Assembly (NCBI GenBank): GCA_012862495.1
Contig: BLSG01000394.1
Span: 53,685 to 73,684, forward strand
Source: Thraustochytrium aureum
Taxonomy: Eukaryota
DNA: 20,000 nucleotides
Reading direction: 5' to 3'
Within the stretch, counting starts at the first letter, position 1; the number at the start of each line of letters is the position of its first letter. The position numbers and the translations under genes were made by a program. The notes below the pieces were generated by a model. It was given only the letters and a program-made list of their open reading frames with translations. It had not been told where the DNA came from and searched no databases. Below are positions 8,004 to 17,151 of the stretch, piece by piece.

Positions 8004-10487
8004 ATGGACGGACTCGTGCGCCGCAGCCGAGAGCGCCTGGGGAGGCGCATGCAGGTGGAGAGACGGGGAGGCGACGGGGCGCATGCAGGCGCTTCGGCTC
8101 GGCGGGGCGGGCTGTTTATGCGCGCGTTGGAGGCAATGGCGGGGCAAGGCGGCGAGCAGGAAGGCGATGCGGTGGAGCGGACGCAGCTGTCGCTCAAGGT
8201 GCTCAAGGAGCGCGTGAGGCGCATGGAGGCGCCCAAGCAAAATGTGGATCTGAACGAGACGAGGTACAAGGTGGTTCGTCGCTGCTGCCAAGCGCTTGGC
8301 TGGGGCGAGGCCTCGGGGGCAAGGAGCGCGTACAGCCTCGCGTGGGTTGACTGTGGCGGGATCACGGGCGAGACCAGCATGGCCCAGCTCAATCCACTGC
8401 AGAAGATCAACCATCTTCCCGGAATGTCCAAAATCTGCCAAAAATGCAAGCTCGCGCTCACCTTCAATCGGCTGACGCGCGAGTTTCCCGACTTGTACGA
8501 CTTTCACCCGCGCACTTTCTGTCTCCCGAAGGAAAAGGAGAGTCTGCGCAAATGGTGGCAACTGGAGTTTGTCAAACGCAAGCATCGCCCGATTCTGATC
8601 GTCAAACCGGACGGCGGTTGCCAAGGGCAGGGCATCTTTCTGACGAACGAGCTCAAGGAGCTGGACGAGGTCGAGGAAGAAGGAGGCGGCCTCACGGCAG
8701 TACAAGAGTACCTTGGGCGGCCGTACCTGATTGATGGGTACAAGTTTGACTTGCGAATATACGTCGTGGTGACCTCCTGTGTGCCGGAGATCCGCGCATT
8801 TGTTCACCAAGACGGGCTCGTGCGGTTTTGCACGGAGAAGTACTGCCGACCGCGCAAGAGCAACCTCAAAGAGCGATACATGCATCTGACAAACTATGCG
8901 ATCAACAAGTGGAACGACAACTACCGCGCAGATGAGGCGCCAAAAGCTGCGAGCCCCGACAGCGCCAGCGGAGACCACCCTACGCGACTTGCGGCAGCGC
9001 AGGCTGTCGCAGCAGCAGCGGCGGCAGTGGGCCTCGGCGACCTGTTTCGGCCAAATCTAGACACGGAGTCTTTCGAGAGCGGCTCGAGCTCGCCCTCTTA
9101 CCCCTGCGGCGCTCGCCAAAATAGCCAACATGGCTCGAGCCACGAGCGCGCCGACGGAGTTGGCGACGAAGAGAGAGCAAAGGAGGGTCGGCGCTCGGAA
9201 GGTGCGCCGTGCGGACCAGAAACAAGTGGTGCTTGCGAGCAGGATGCGGGGCAAACCGAGTCCAAATGGCACTTGGACCGGCTCTACAGTCTTTTGGAGA
9301 GCAAGGGCCGCGATGTCGCTGGTCTGAAAGCCGAGATCAACAACATAATCTGCAAGACTCTCCTGTCGATTCAGCCGAGTCTGGCCCAGGAGTACCGCGC
9401 CTGCTTCCCGTCTGAAGGTACAATGGCCGACTCTGCGCACGGGTTCAGGTGCTTTGAAGTCTTGGGGTTTGATGTGATGCTCGACAGCGAGCTCAAACCG
9501 TGGGTTATTGAGGTCAATCACTCCCCCTCGCTTCACATAGATTCTGAGCTCGACACACGAGTCAAGACGCGCGTCATCAACGACTCACTGCTGCTGAGCT
9601 GCGTGGATGCAGACGACCTCCTCGCCGGCGCACCGAACAAGCGGCCCACAACTTTGCTTGGGCAGAAGGAGAAGATGGCGCAGATTTTGGCGCGGCGAAG
9701 CAAGCCGCGGGGTGCGACTGCGCAGGGTAGTGCGGTCGCCAGTGCGACGGCCGTCGACGGCTGCGATGGCGAGACGGGCGGCGATGCTGCGGCCAACACG
9801 AGCTCCTCGCCTAGTTGGTTGGCCGGAAACCAGCAGCAGTCTGAAGCCGCCGTAGCAGCTGCTGCTCTCGCCCACAAGCAAGACGTCGCTTCGCGCGAGA
9901 GCGAAGCGCTGGATCGGCAGCTAGCAGAGTTGCGCACGAGTTTTGAAGACGGCCATTGTGGCGGGTTCATGCGCATTTTGCCCTTTGCTGGGGACCACCC
10001 GCACGCGGCCGACTATGCTAAAATCCAAGCCTATAAGCCGCCGTTGTTCAAAGAGTCTCCACTGACTCAGCGGCGGCGCGAGGCGATTGTGACCCAGAGG
10101 AGGAGAATGGAAGCCGTGAAGCTGCGCCATCGCGCACTCGTTGGCGACAGGCCCGCTTGGGGGTCCAGCAAGCCGACACTGGGGGGCGGCTCTGCAGATT
10201 CAAACGCGAGCCTCACAAAGCTCCGTCAAGCGCTGTTGCAGAGCCGACGAAATGGACTCGGGGCCAGCCCTGGGGATGGAAGTGGCGCAGCCGGCTCTGG
10301 GGAGCCGGGTAGCCGGCCACTTCCGCGTGTTGCGAATCTCAAGCCGTACATGCGAACTCTACAACGACGCAGCCGTGAGGAGCGCGACTCGCCACGCCGC
10401 GAAGGCGTCGGCATTGCTCGGCCTGGAGGCCCCGTGCGCGAGACCTGCGTTGTTCGCGTCCAAACTCTCTCGCTCGGCATCCTTTGA
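8004..10487 (+). CDS. Tubulin polyglutamylase, TTL family (TTLL6/TTLL13-like)
   Basis: Full ATP-grasp TTL motif set: QKINHLPGM, YDFHPRTFCLP, IVKPDGGCQGQGIFL, VQEYLGRPYLIDGYKFDLRIYVVVTS, GLVRFCTEKY, MHLTNYAINK, CFEVLGFDVMLD, KPWVIEVNHSPSL. The first in-frame ATG after the gap is at 8004 (alternatives 8049, 8118, 8136). Stop TGA at 10485-10487. Confidence 0.93.
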   Translation: MDGLVRRSRERLGRRMQVERRGGDGAHAGASARRGGLFMRALEAMAGQGGEQEGDAVERTQLSLKVLKERVRRMEAPKQNVDLNETRYKVVRRCCQALGWGEASGARSAYSLAWVDCGGITGETSMAQLNPLQKINHLPGMSKICQKCKLALTFNRLTREFPDLYDFHPRTFCLPKEKESLRKWWQLEFVKRKHRPILIVKPDGGCQGQGIFLTNELKELDEVEEEGGGLTAVQEYLGRPYLIDGYKFDLRIYVVVTSCVPEIRAFVHQDGLVRFCTEKYCRPRKSNLKERYMHLTNYAINKWNDNYRADEAPKAASPDSASGDHPTRLAAAQAVAAAAAAVGLGDLFRPNLDTESFESGSSSPSYPCGARQNSQHGSSHERADGVGDEERAKEGRRSEGAPCGPETSGACEQDAGQTESKWHLDRLYSLLESKGRDVAGLKAEINNIICKTLLSIQPSLAQEYRACFPSEGTMADSAHGFRCFEVLGFDVMLDSELKPWVIEVNHSPSLHIDSELDTRVKTRVINDSLLLSCVDADDLLAGAPNKRPTTLLGQKEKMAQILARRSKPRGATAQGSAVASATAVDGCDGETGGDAAANTSSSPSWLAGNQQQSEAAVAAAALAHKQDVASRESEALDRQLAELRTSFEDGHCGGFMRILPFAGDHPHAADYAKIQAYKPPLFKESPLTQRRREAIVTQRRRMEAVKLRHRALVGDRPAWGSSKPTLGGGSADSNASLTKLRQALLQSRRNGLGASPGDGSGAAGSGEPGSRPLPRVANLKPYMRTLQRRSREERDSPRREGVGIARPGGPVRETCVVRVQTLSLGIL

Positions 10488-10977
10488 CGCTTTCGACTAG
10501 CCTCAGCCAGCGCTTTTCGGGCAGAGCCCGCGGCGCAAAGCGTAGCGCCCACGAAGGAGTCTCTAGAGCTAGAGAGGAAGGTAAATCTCGCTCGCGCGAG
10601 TTCTTGGCTCCTCTCTCGGCTACCAGGTACTCATGGAGCCGTCGTTGTCGTTGTACAGAAGTCGATTTTCAAATTATCGATACTGCTTGGCTGGACAGCC
10701 TCGAGCGCGTTGCCATTGCCGTGGCTCTGCTGCTTTCGTGTCGGGCAGGACGCGAGCCGTCTTGATTGAGCAAGATCCTTTTGGCAAGAACACAAGTAAG
10801 ACGAAACGAAAAAGCACATTTGGCGCCATCAAATGCCAGGTTTTCTTCTGCCCGGCCCAGCGTTCTCTCTCTCGTTTCAGAGCCATGCTCTGCCTGTAGC
10901 TCGAGGGAGCACGGCGAAGGATTGTCCGAACATGCGCAGCAGCGCCATTGTGCGAGCAGAGCAGCACTCGCTAGTCG

Positions 10978-12426
10978 CTAGTCTCTGCTGACCTTGGGCG
11001 CGCGGACCAGACCACCAGCCCCAGGTAGCACGCCGCTGTCAGCAAGCGTGGAGAGCTTGAAGTAGGTGCTGTGCTGGGACATGAACTGGTGACCCAGGAT
11101 TCCTAGTGAAAGGGTCTGCAGCAGAATGACGCCAGTCGTGACCACGCGGTGGCGCAGATAATGCGCAAACATGCCAGCGATGAAGACGAGGAGCGGAAAG
11201 CTCAAGAACCAGAGCCCCCCGAAGAGCATCAGTCGCTTCATAAAGGCCACCAAACGGTCCCCGCCCCGACGCGCCTGACCCTGGATGGTAAAGTGCAGAC
11301 TGGCCACAAATGCCACGCCAAGAACAAATCGGATGAAGACAAGAATCCTCCCCGGTGTGCTCTCATGATCATGGAACTTTGAGAAATCGTCATCGTAGCT
11401 CTTGTTGGCGATCTGGAGCAGCATCGAGACAACGACGAGCAAAATCAGGCCGAAGATGGCCACGTTGGGTCCCTTGAGAAGAGAGCTTGGGTTGCTCAGC
11501 ATGGTGGCGACGCTGTTGGCGCGCGCGTCGTCCGAGGCGGTCTCTACGAGTGTCCATCCAGACGCGAGGCAGATGAGAACGAACGAGATGATGGTCTGGG
11601 AGAGGCCCTCGAAAATCTCGCTGAGAAGGTCGAGCATGTAGATGCCCATGCCGTTGTACTTGTACACGTAGAGGTGGCCGAGCTCGCACGCGAAGGAGAC
11701 GAGCTGGAACAGGTAGGCGGACAGCAAGAGGCGCACCACGAGGTGGACCTTTTTCGTCTCCTCAACGTGAGCCTTCAGCAGCGTTATCAGGTACACGAGG
11801 AAGGCGGCCATCGCCACAAAGGTGAAAAGGTACATCTTTGGGAGGCCGTGCTCGTCCGCTGGAAGGTGTGTGCTCCCCGGGTTGTACAGGTGGAGCTCGA
11901 ACGACATCGGTGGCACCTTGGCGTTGTACTGCTCGAGCGCGCAGTCGGCGACGATTACGAACCAGCCGCGAGTGCGCACGTGGTGCTCGATCACCCAAGT
12001 GAACTCCCACTCGACCATGCCGTCTTGAAGCTCGCGGAGCGCAGAGTGGTTGGCGCGGCCGATGCCCACGTGCAAGATGTCGCGGTGGCTCTGCGTCACC
12101 TTTCCGATTGGGATCATTGAAGTTGCAAGCTCAACCTTGTCGGTGCACGCTGGGGCAGAGTGGTACTTGTCCCAGGTGTCGTCCATGAACAAGTAGAGCG
12201 CGGGGGAGGTCATCCACGTATGGGGGTCCTTGTAGGTGAACTTGCCGTCGATCTTGCTTTCTCCGACGGCAAAGCTGTACTTTGTCATTTCGTACTCGGG
12301 CCCGCTGTCAAAGTCGCCCGCCTCCAGTTGAAACGTGCCGCGGACCGTCTTGGCCAGCGCCGCGTCGTTGCCCAGCAGCGCGACCACGGTCGTCGCGGCG
12401 GCCGCCGCACTCGCAAGCCGGCCCAT
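10978..12426 (-). CDS. GPR180/TMEM145-family (GOST) seven-transmembrane protein with signal peptide and luminal domain
   Basis: 482 aa with an N-terminal signal peptide (…TVVALLGNDAALA). Luminal domain includes LYLFMDDTW..Y...PAC..K and RTRGWFVIVADC. NPGSTHLPADEHGL precedes seven hydrophobic segments containing HLYVYKYNGMG, LICLASGWTL, FHDHESTPG and LWFLSFP, typical of this family. Confidence 0.9.
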   Translation of the reverse strand: MGRLASAAAAATTVVALLGNDAALAKTVRGTFQLEAGDFDSGPEYEMTKYSFAVGESKIDGKFTYKDPHTWMTSPALYLFMDDTWDKYHSAPACTDKVELATSMIPIGKVTQSHRDILHVGIGRANHSALRELQDGMVEWEFTWVIEHHVRTRGWFVIVADCALEQYNAKVPPMSFELHLYNPGSTHLPADEHGLPKMYLFTFVAMAAFLVYLITLLKAHVEETKKVHLVVRLLLSAYLFQLVSFACELGHLYVYKYNGMGIYMLDLLSEIFEGLSQTIISFVLICLASGWTLVETASDDARANSVATMLSNPSSLLKGPNVAIFGLILLVVVSMLLQIANKSYDDDFSKFHDHESTPGRILVFIRFVLGVAFVASLHFTIQGQARRGGDRLVAFMKRLMLFGGLWFLSFPLLVFIAGMFAHYLRHRVVTTGVILLQTLSLGILGHQFMSQHSTYFKLSTLADSGVLPGAGGLVRAPKVSRD

Positions 12427-12555
12427 CTCGTGTCGTCCTGTGCTGCAGTGGCGCGCTGCTCAGCAGCCGTTTGCCAGCACGCGGCCAGCGGCGCGGGCCT
12501 CGCTCGCTCGCGGCAGTCCGTGCCTCTGGGCTCCTTTGTCCTCTGGCCTGGGCGG

Positions 12556-12587
<32 letters not shown>

Positions 12588-12607
12588 CGTGCGTGCGTGC
12601 GTGCGTG
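12556..12607. repeat. Compound tetranucleotide microsatellite (CCTG)8(CGTG)5
   Basis: Read directly; lies ~130 bp upstream of the 7TM gene ATG. Confidence 0.97.
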
Positions 12608-13548
12608 TGGGCTGCTGCTGCCACGTCGCCGCTCTGCCAACTGCCGGAGATACTGCTCGCTCGTTGATCAATCAAAAGCAAAATGATGAAATGAAACACT
12701 TCTTGCTACCGACTCACCAGAGTAGAGTAGTTTGCTATGCAGGAGGGTGAGCAACGGATGTGGCAACCAAACGCAGCGCGCGCACAGGCCGCAGGCCGCC
12801 CACTCGGCGCGAGGCAAGCACGCCGCCCGCCTGCCTGCTTGCTTGCCCGGCGTGCAAGGAGTGCAAGGAGTGAGTGGAAAAGGCGACACGTGGCACCCTA
12901 ACTGAGCCAGCCGGGGAGAAGTTAGGTCTGGCGTGGGCCGACAGAGGGCGTTCGTGCGTTCGTCAGCAGCGCGCGCCCCGCGGGCTGGGCCTGGCCTGAT
13001 CAACTTGACGCGCATGGAAGTTCGCCTTTTGGGCATCAACCCCAGCCGGCCGAACATTATTCGGTGGGCAGGCCTACTCGTATCTCATTTGTGGCCATGC
13101 CCCAAGGCAAGCTCCCAGCAACGAAAGGGTTCAAGTGATTGATGATCAAGCCGAGCCCGAGCCCCGAGTACCGGTAGCTGTGGTAGGTGGAGTAGCGCAC
13201 GTCCTCGAGAACTCTTGCACTCCCTGCTGCTGTTGATACTCGGCGAGGAAGGCAGAGAGTACTTAGAGTACTCTTTCTTCTCGAGTACTTTACCAGTATC
13301 TTCTCGAGTGGTTGTACCAAGGAGGACCAGAGGTGGAAGAAAAACGGTGTTAGTTGGTTTGTTTGAGCGCTGCCAGTCGTTTGGCAGTCGCGGTCAGGAT
13401 ACAGGGTGGCCAGCCGTCTGGCTCTCAGGCAGGCAGGACCAAGAAAGAGCACATGCAGGCGCTGTTCGTTTGGCTCATCATGCCGCCGTGGTCATAAATC
13501 GGGTCATCCTCGCGCAAGATACAGACAGCGTGTGATCGTCCGCGTCAT

Positions 13549-15294
13549 TCACACCTTGGCCATGCTTGGCGCGACTGTGGCCAAGGACGACGCGTTCACA
13601 GAGTCCCCCGACGGTGCCGCAAGACGCCGGTTGAGCGGCCCGCCGTTCTCCGAAGTCGCGCGAGCGCACTTGCGCTTGACCAGAAGCGCATCGTCCAAGC
13701 CGCGGTCGGACCGCTCTCGCTTGACGCGCGCACCAGAGTTTGTAAACTGGAAGAGCGCCGCAGCCGCAGACGAAGTTGAGCTGGACGCCACAACGCCTTG
13801 CCGGAGCGGTTTGGCCACGCGCGTACCCACGGCAGCAGCGGCTGACCCGCCACCACGCTTCAGGTCAGCACTCCCCTCAAAGTTCTTGCAGCTCAGGCAC
13901 TTGCAGTTGGGGCCGCAGTAAACCTCGCCCAGAAAGCACTCGCAGTACTTTTTCAAGCAGTTGCTTTTCTTGCAGTGACAGCCTTTGGTGTGCCCTTGGC
14001 CGGCTTTGCCAACGCCAGGCGAAGCCGAGATCTTGGGCTTGAACGCGTTCGGATTACGCTCGAGCGTTGTGCGAATGGCTTGGTCGCGGACCACGTCGTG
14101 CTCCGCCGTGTTTGAGCAGTCGTTGCAGTTGCAGCCCGAGCAGTATAGTTTGGCCGAGAAGCACTCGCAATACAGTTTGAGGCACTTGGACTTCTTGCAG
14201 TTGCAAGGGTTGCGCCGTGCGGCGCGCACGGGTGAGGTTGGTGTAACCGCAATTGCGCGGCTCGCCTTGGCCCGGTTGTACGAAGGTGTCAGGAACTCCG
14301 TGCGGGTGGGCTTGGGCCCGCGCACTGTGGCTGGCGAGGCCATCGAGTTTGGCGAGGCCGTCGACTGTGGGGAGAAGGTCGTGGACCCTGCGCCAGGTGT
14401 GCGCGACACGACGGGACGCGCTCCAGCCGGGCCGTTGACCAAGAACGAGTGCTTGAGCGGGCTTCCGCGCGGCCGCTCTTGTTTCAACAAATTCTTCTTC
14501 CTCAGAGCCTTTTGCCCGCCACCGACTCGGAAAACCTCCTTGACGAAGTGGGCCTGTTGCTTCCTTTGGCTTTCGTTGCGCGGGTGTACGGGTGGCATGT
14601 TCTGGATCTCGCCGTTCGAAATGATGCACACGCGGCGCCCTGCAGGTTTGTGGATTGTGGAGCTCGTGTCGGTCTCTTCGCCAAAGGATTGCGTAGTGTC
14701 GTTGTCGAGCGTGGGGTCGGCGTCGTCGTCGCCGCTGTTTGCCCCGTCCTCGCCTCCGGCCGCCGACGCATCACCCTCCTCGGCGTCTTCGTCAAATTCC
14801 TCTTCATCATCGTATCGATAGTCGTCACGCGCGTCGTAGTGGCTCATACCGCGACGAGCGCGGGGCACCCCGTCGTCCTCCGACTCGTCCTCTTCGTCCT
14901 CGAAGAGCTTTTGCACGTAGGATCCTTGTGGAGGCGTCCCAAGCGTGGCATGGTCAATCACATTCGATTCGAAGCCCACGAAGGGGCTGGCGACGCTCTG
15001 ACCGTCAGTGCCGCGGATCGCTGGCGAGAGCATTGGGAGCCCCTGTAGGAGTTCAGGGGAGAACGCTGCGGATTCAAAGGCACCGATTGCGGGGGACCCG
15101 TTCAGCGAGTTTGTGCTGCTGGCGATGTGCCCGCTGACGTCAGGGACGAGCGGGGAGAGCGTGGAGAGCGCTTGGGTGAACGGCGTGGATGGTGAGTGGA
15201 CCACATATGTCGTGCATTGCTTTGGCGCTGGCGATGCGGGCATTCCTGCCAGGGCACGCGCCGCGGCCAGGTCAGCCTCGCTGCTGGAATTCAT
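13549..15294 (-). CDS. Tesmin/TSO1-like CXC (CRC) domain protein, LIN54-like DNA-binding factor
   Basis: Two CRC domains, CNCKKSKCLKLYCECF...C..CNC..CSN (~14110-14210) and GCHCKKSNCLKKYCECF...C...CKC..CKN (~13880-13990), joined by the conserved hinge ERNPNAFKPK. Acidic and S/P-rich N-terminal region. Confidence 0.95.
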   Translation of the reverse strand: MNSSSEADLAAARALAGMPASPAPKQCTTYVVHSPSTPFTQALSTLSPLVPDVSGHIASSTNSLNGSPAIGAFESAAFSPELLQGLPMLSPAIRGTDGQSVASPFVGFESNVIDHATLGTPPQGSYVQKLFEDEEDESEDDGVPRARRGMSHYDARDDYRYDDEEEFDEDAEEGDASAAGGEDGANSGDDDADPTLDNDTTQSFGEETDTSSTIHKPAGRRVCIISNGEIQNMPPVHPRNESQRKQQAHFVKEVFRVGGGQKALRKKNLLKQERPRGSPLKHSFLVNGPAGARPVVSRTPGAGSTTFSPQSTASPNSMASPATVRGPKPTRTEFLTPSYNRAKASRAIAVTPTSPVRAARRNPCNCKKSKCLKLYCECFSAKLYCSGCNCNDCSNTAEHDVVRDQAIRTTLERNPNAFKPKISASPGVGKAGQGHTKGCHCKKSNCLKKYCECFLGEVYCGPNCKCLSCKNFEGSADLKRGGGSAAAAVGTRVAKPLRQGVVASSSTSSAAAALFQFTNSGARVKRERSDRGLDDALLVKRKCARATSENGGPLNRRLAAPSGDSVNASSLATVAPSMAKV

Positions 15295-15536
15295 CGTCGT
15301 CCAGGTGGGCGTGGGCGGGGCGACGTCGAGTCCTGCGCGAGATGCGGGATTTGGGCGGGCCGGGCCACAAGGAACCCGCCCGATAAGATTTTACAGGTGG
15401 ACCTGCCGGCCGGCCTGGGGGGAGTGGGAGCGCCTTCGCGCCTTGTTGAAGCGTGGAGCCGAGACTGCGTGCGCCGCAAAGCGCGCCCAGCGCACTTGAG
15501 AAGTCGGTTGGCTTTGCTAGTTGCGGCTCGCTCGAA

Positions 15537-15671
15537 NNNNNNNNNNNNNNNNNNNNNNNNNNNNNNNNNNNNNNNNNNNNNNNNNNNNNNNNNNNNNNNN
15601 NNNNNNNNNNNNNNNNNNNNNNNNNNNNNNNNNNNNNNNNNNNNNNNNNNNNNNNNNNNNNNNNNNNNNNN
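15537..15671. other. Assembly gap (135 N)
   Basis: Run of N. Confidence 1.
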
Positions 15672-15730
15672 TTATACGAAAGTTTATACGAGACTTCGCT
15701 GTTTCAAGCGCAGCCACACCGCGCCGGCCG

Positions 15731-15793
15731 GACAGGTAGGCAGGCTGGCAGGCAGGCAGGCTGGCTGGCTAGGCTGGCTGGCTCGCTGGCAGG
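15731..15793. repeat. Degenerate tetranucleotide microsatellite (GGCA/GGCT)n
   Basis: gacaggtaggcaggctggcaggcaggcaggctggctggctaggctggctggctcgctggcagg read directly. Confidence 0.85.
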
Positions 15794-16489
15794 GTTGCCC
15801 CTGTGGCCCGAGGTTGTGGGCGGAGGCGCGAGTTGGGGCGTGGTGCGCGTCTGTGCTTGCGCGTCGGCGGGTGGGCGGGTCGTTGGCTGTCTGCTGCCGC
15901 TGCTGCCGCTGCCGCTGACACGGGCGACGAAGGAAGGCGGGAAGGAAAAGACGACGCTGAAGAAGCGCGACTGCTGCCTCACCACCTTCCTTCCCCTCTT
16001 GCCAATGCACTTGTCACTTCCGCCCCTCTGTGAGCCGCCTCCTCTCCATTCAAAAGTTTGTGGCGAAAAGCAAAAACAAACAAAACAAGCCGAGAGGGGC
16101 GATGGCGGCCGTGAGAGGAGAGCCTCTGCCTGCCTGCTCCACACGTCAGTCAACCAGAACCCACTCAGGCAGAGCGCGCCTTGCGCCGCCTGCTCTCATG
16201 CGATGTGAATTTTCTGGTTTAGCCCGCGGAAGTTTAAACGTAGTGAGTGGGCGCCACTGGGCGCAGCGCGGTCGAACGGCCAACGACCAACGACCGCTCC
16301 AACCCACCGATCGCTGTCAATGCTATTTCTGGCCGTCATGATGCGGGCGGATGGATCCACGAGCGCCCTTTTTCGCGGCGGCTTTGCAGCGTGCATGCTG
16401 GGTGGTGGTGGAAGGGCTGGTTTTCAAAAAAAACTAAAAACACTCAAGACTGTGCCTTTTGATTTAAAATTTGAAAACAGAGAGAAATG

Positions 16490-16627
16490 CTCGCTGGGGC
16501 AACAGGACCGTTTCCGCCTTACGAAGAACCGCGAGGGTCCGTTTGTACGGGGAGTAAGGTAGCGAGGCTGCAATTTAAACGACCTGCAAGCATCTTTTAA
16601 GGCGGAAAGCGCTTGCCCCACCCCGAG
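16490..16627. repeat. Imperfect inverted repeat / predicted long stem-loop
   Basis: Collinear complementary blocks: TGGGGCAA (16495-16502) with TTGCCCCA (16613-16620), TTTCCGCCTTA (16511-16521) with TAAGGCGGAAA (16598-16608), AAGA with TCTT, GGTC(C)GTTT with AAACGACC, and outer CTCG with CGAG. Confidence 0.7.
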
Positions 16628-17151
16628 AGGTGGCCCGTGCCACAGGACCTAGGACTCGCGAGCGGTTCGGACTGGCGTCGGCGGCCTGGTCTTTTGTAAG
16701 ACTGGCACCCATGCCTTTCCTTTTCAAACGTCAAATCGCGGCTTTGCATGCGCGGCGGCAAGCTGCTACCGGACCCTCCCGCAGGGCCCCTGCGACGTGC
16801 GTCCCGCGGTACCTCCGGGAATACCGGTACTCCGCGGAAGGCCAGGTGGACAACGCCGCTCTCGGCCAAGGTATTCATTCTCCCCGGGGGCAGGGGGCCG
16901 CGAGCCGCCGTTCGCTCACGAGGCAGCACGTGGATACCAGAACCCGCGCAATTCTGACCGTTTCGCTTATCCTGACCCAGCAGCCAGAGCCGCCGTGCAG
17001 CAGCGATGCAGCACTCGCGGGACACGCACCCTCGCACGGACGCTCCTCCCACCGAGGGATTCAGAAGCCGAGCTGCGCAGCAGCAGACGGACCACCTCAC
17101 CCGCGTGGCCTACGTGACGAAAGCCGCGCGCACGAGGCAGGCAGACTCGCC

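Noticed and set aside
10555..10615. Short palindromes (CTCTAGAG, CTCGCGCGAG) after the TTLL stop
   Set aside because: Too short to distinguish from chance.
12683..12760. ATGATGA as a possible snoRNA C box
   Set aside because: No suitably placed CTGA D box or terminal stem was seen.
16640..16715. GGTTCG-containing stretch as a possible tRNA
   Set aside because: No cloverleaf, acceptor stem or A-box could be built.
16630..17151. Upstream in-frame extension of the folate-receptor-like ORF
   Set aside because: Low-complexity Arg/Ala/Pro sequence. The signal peptide begins at the ATG at 17152 in good context.
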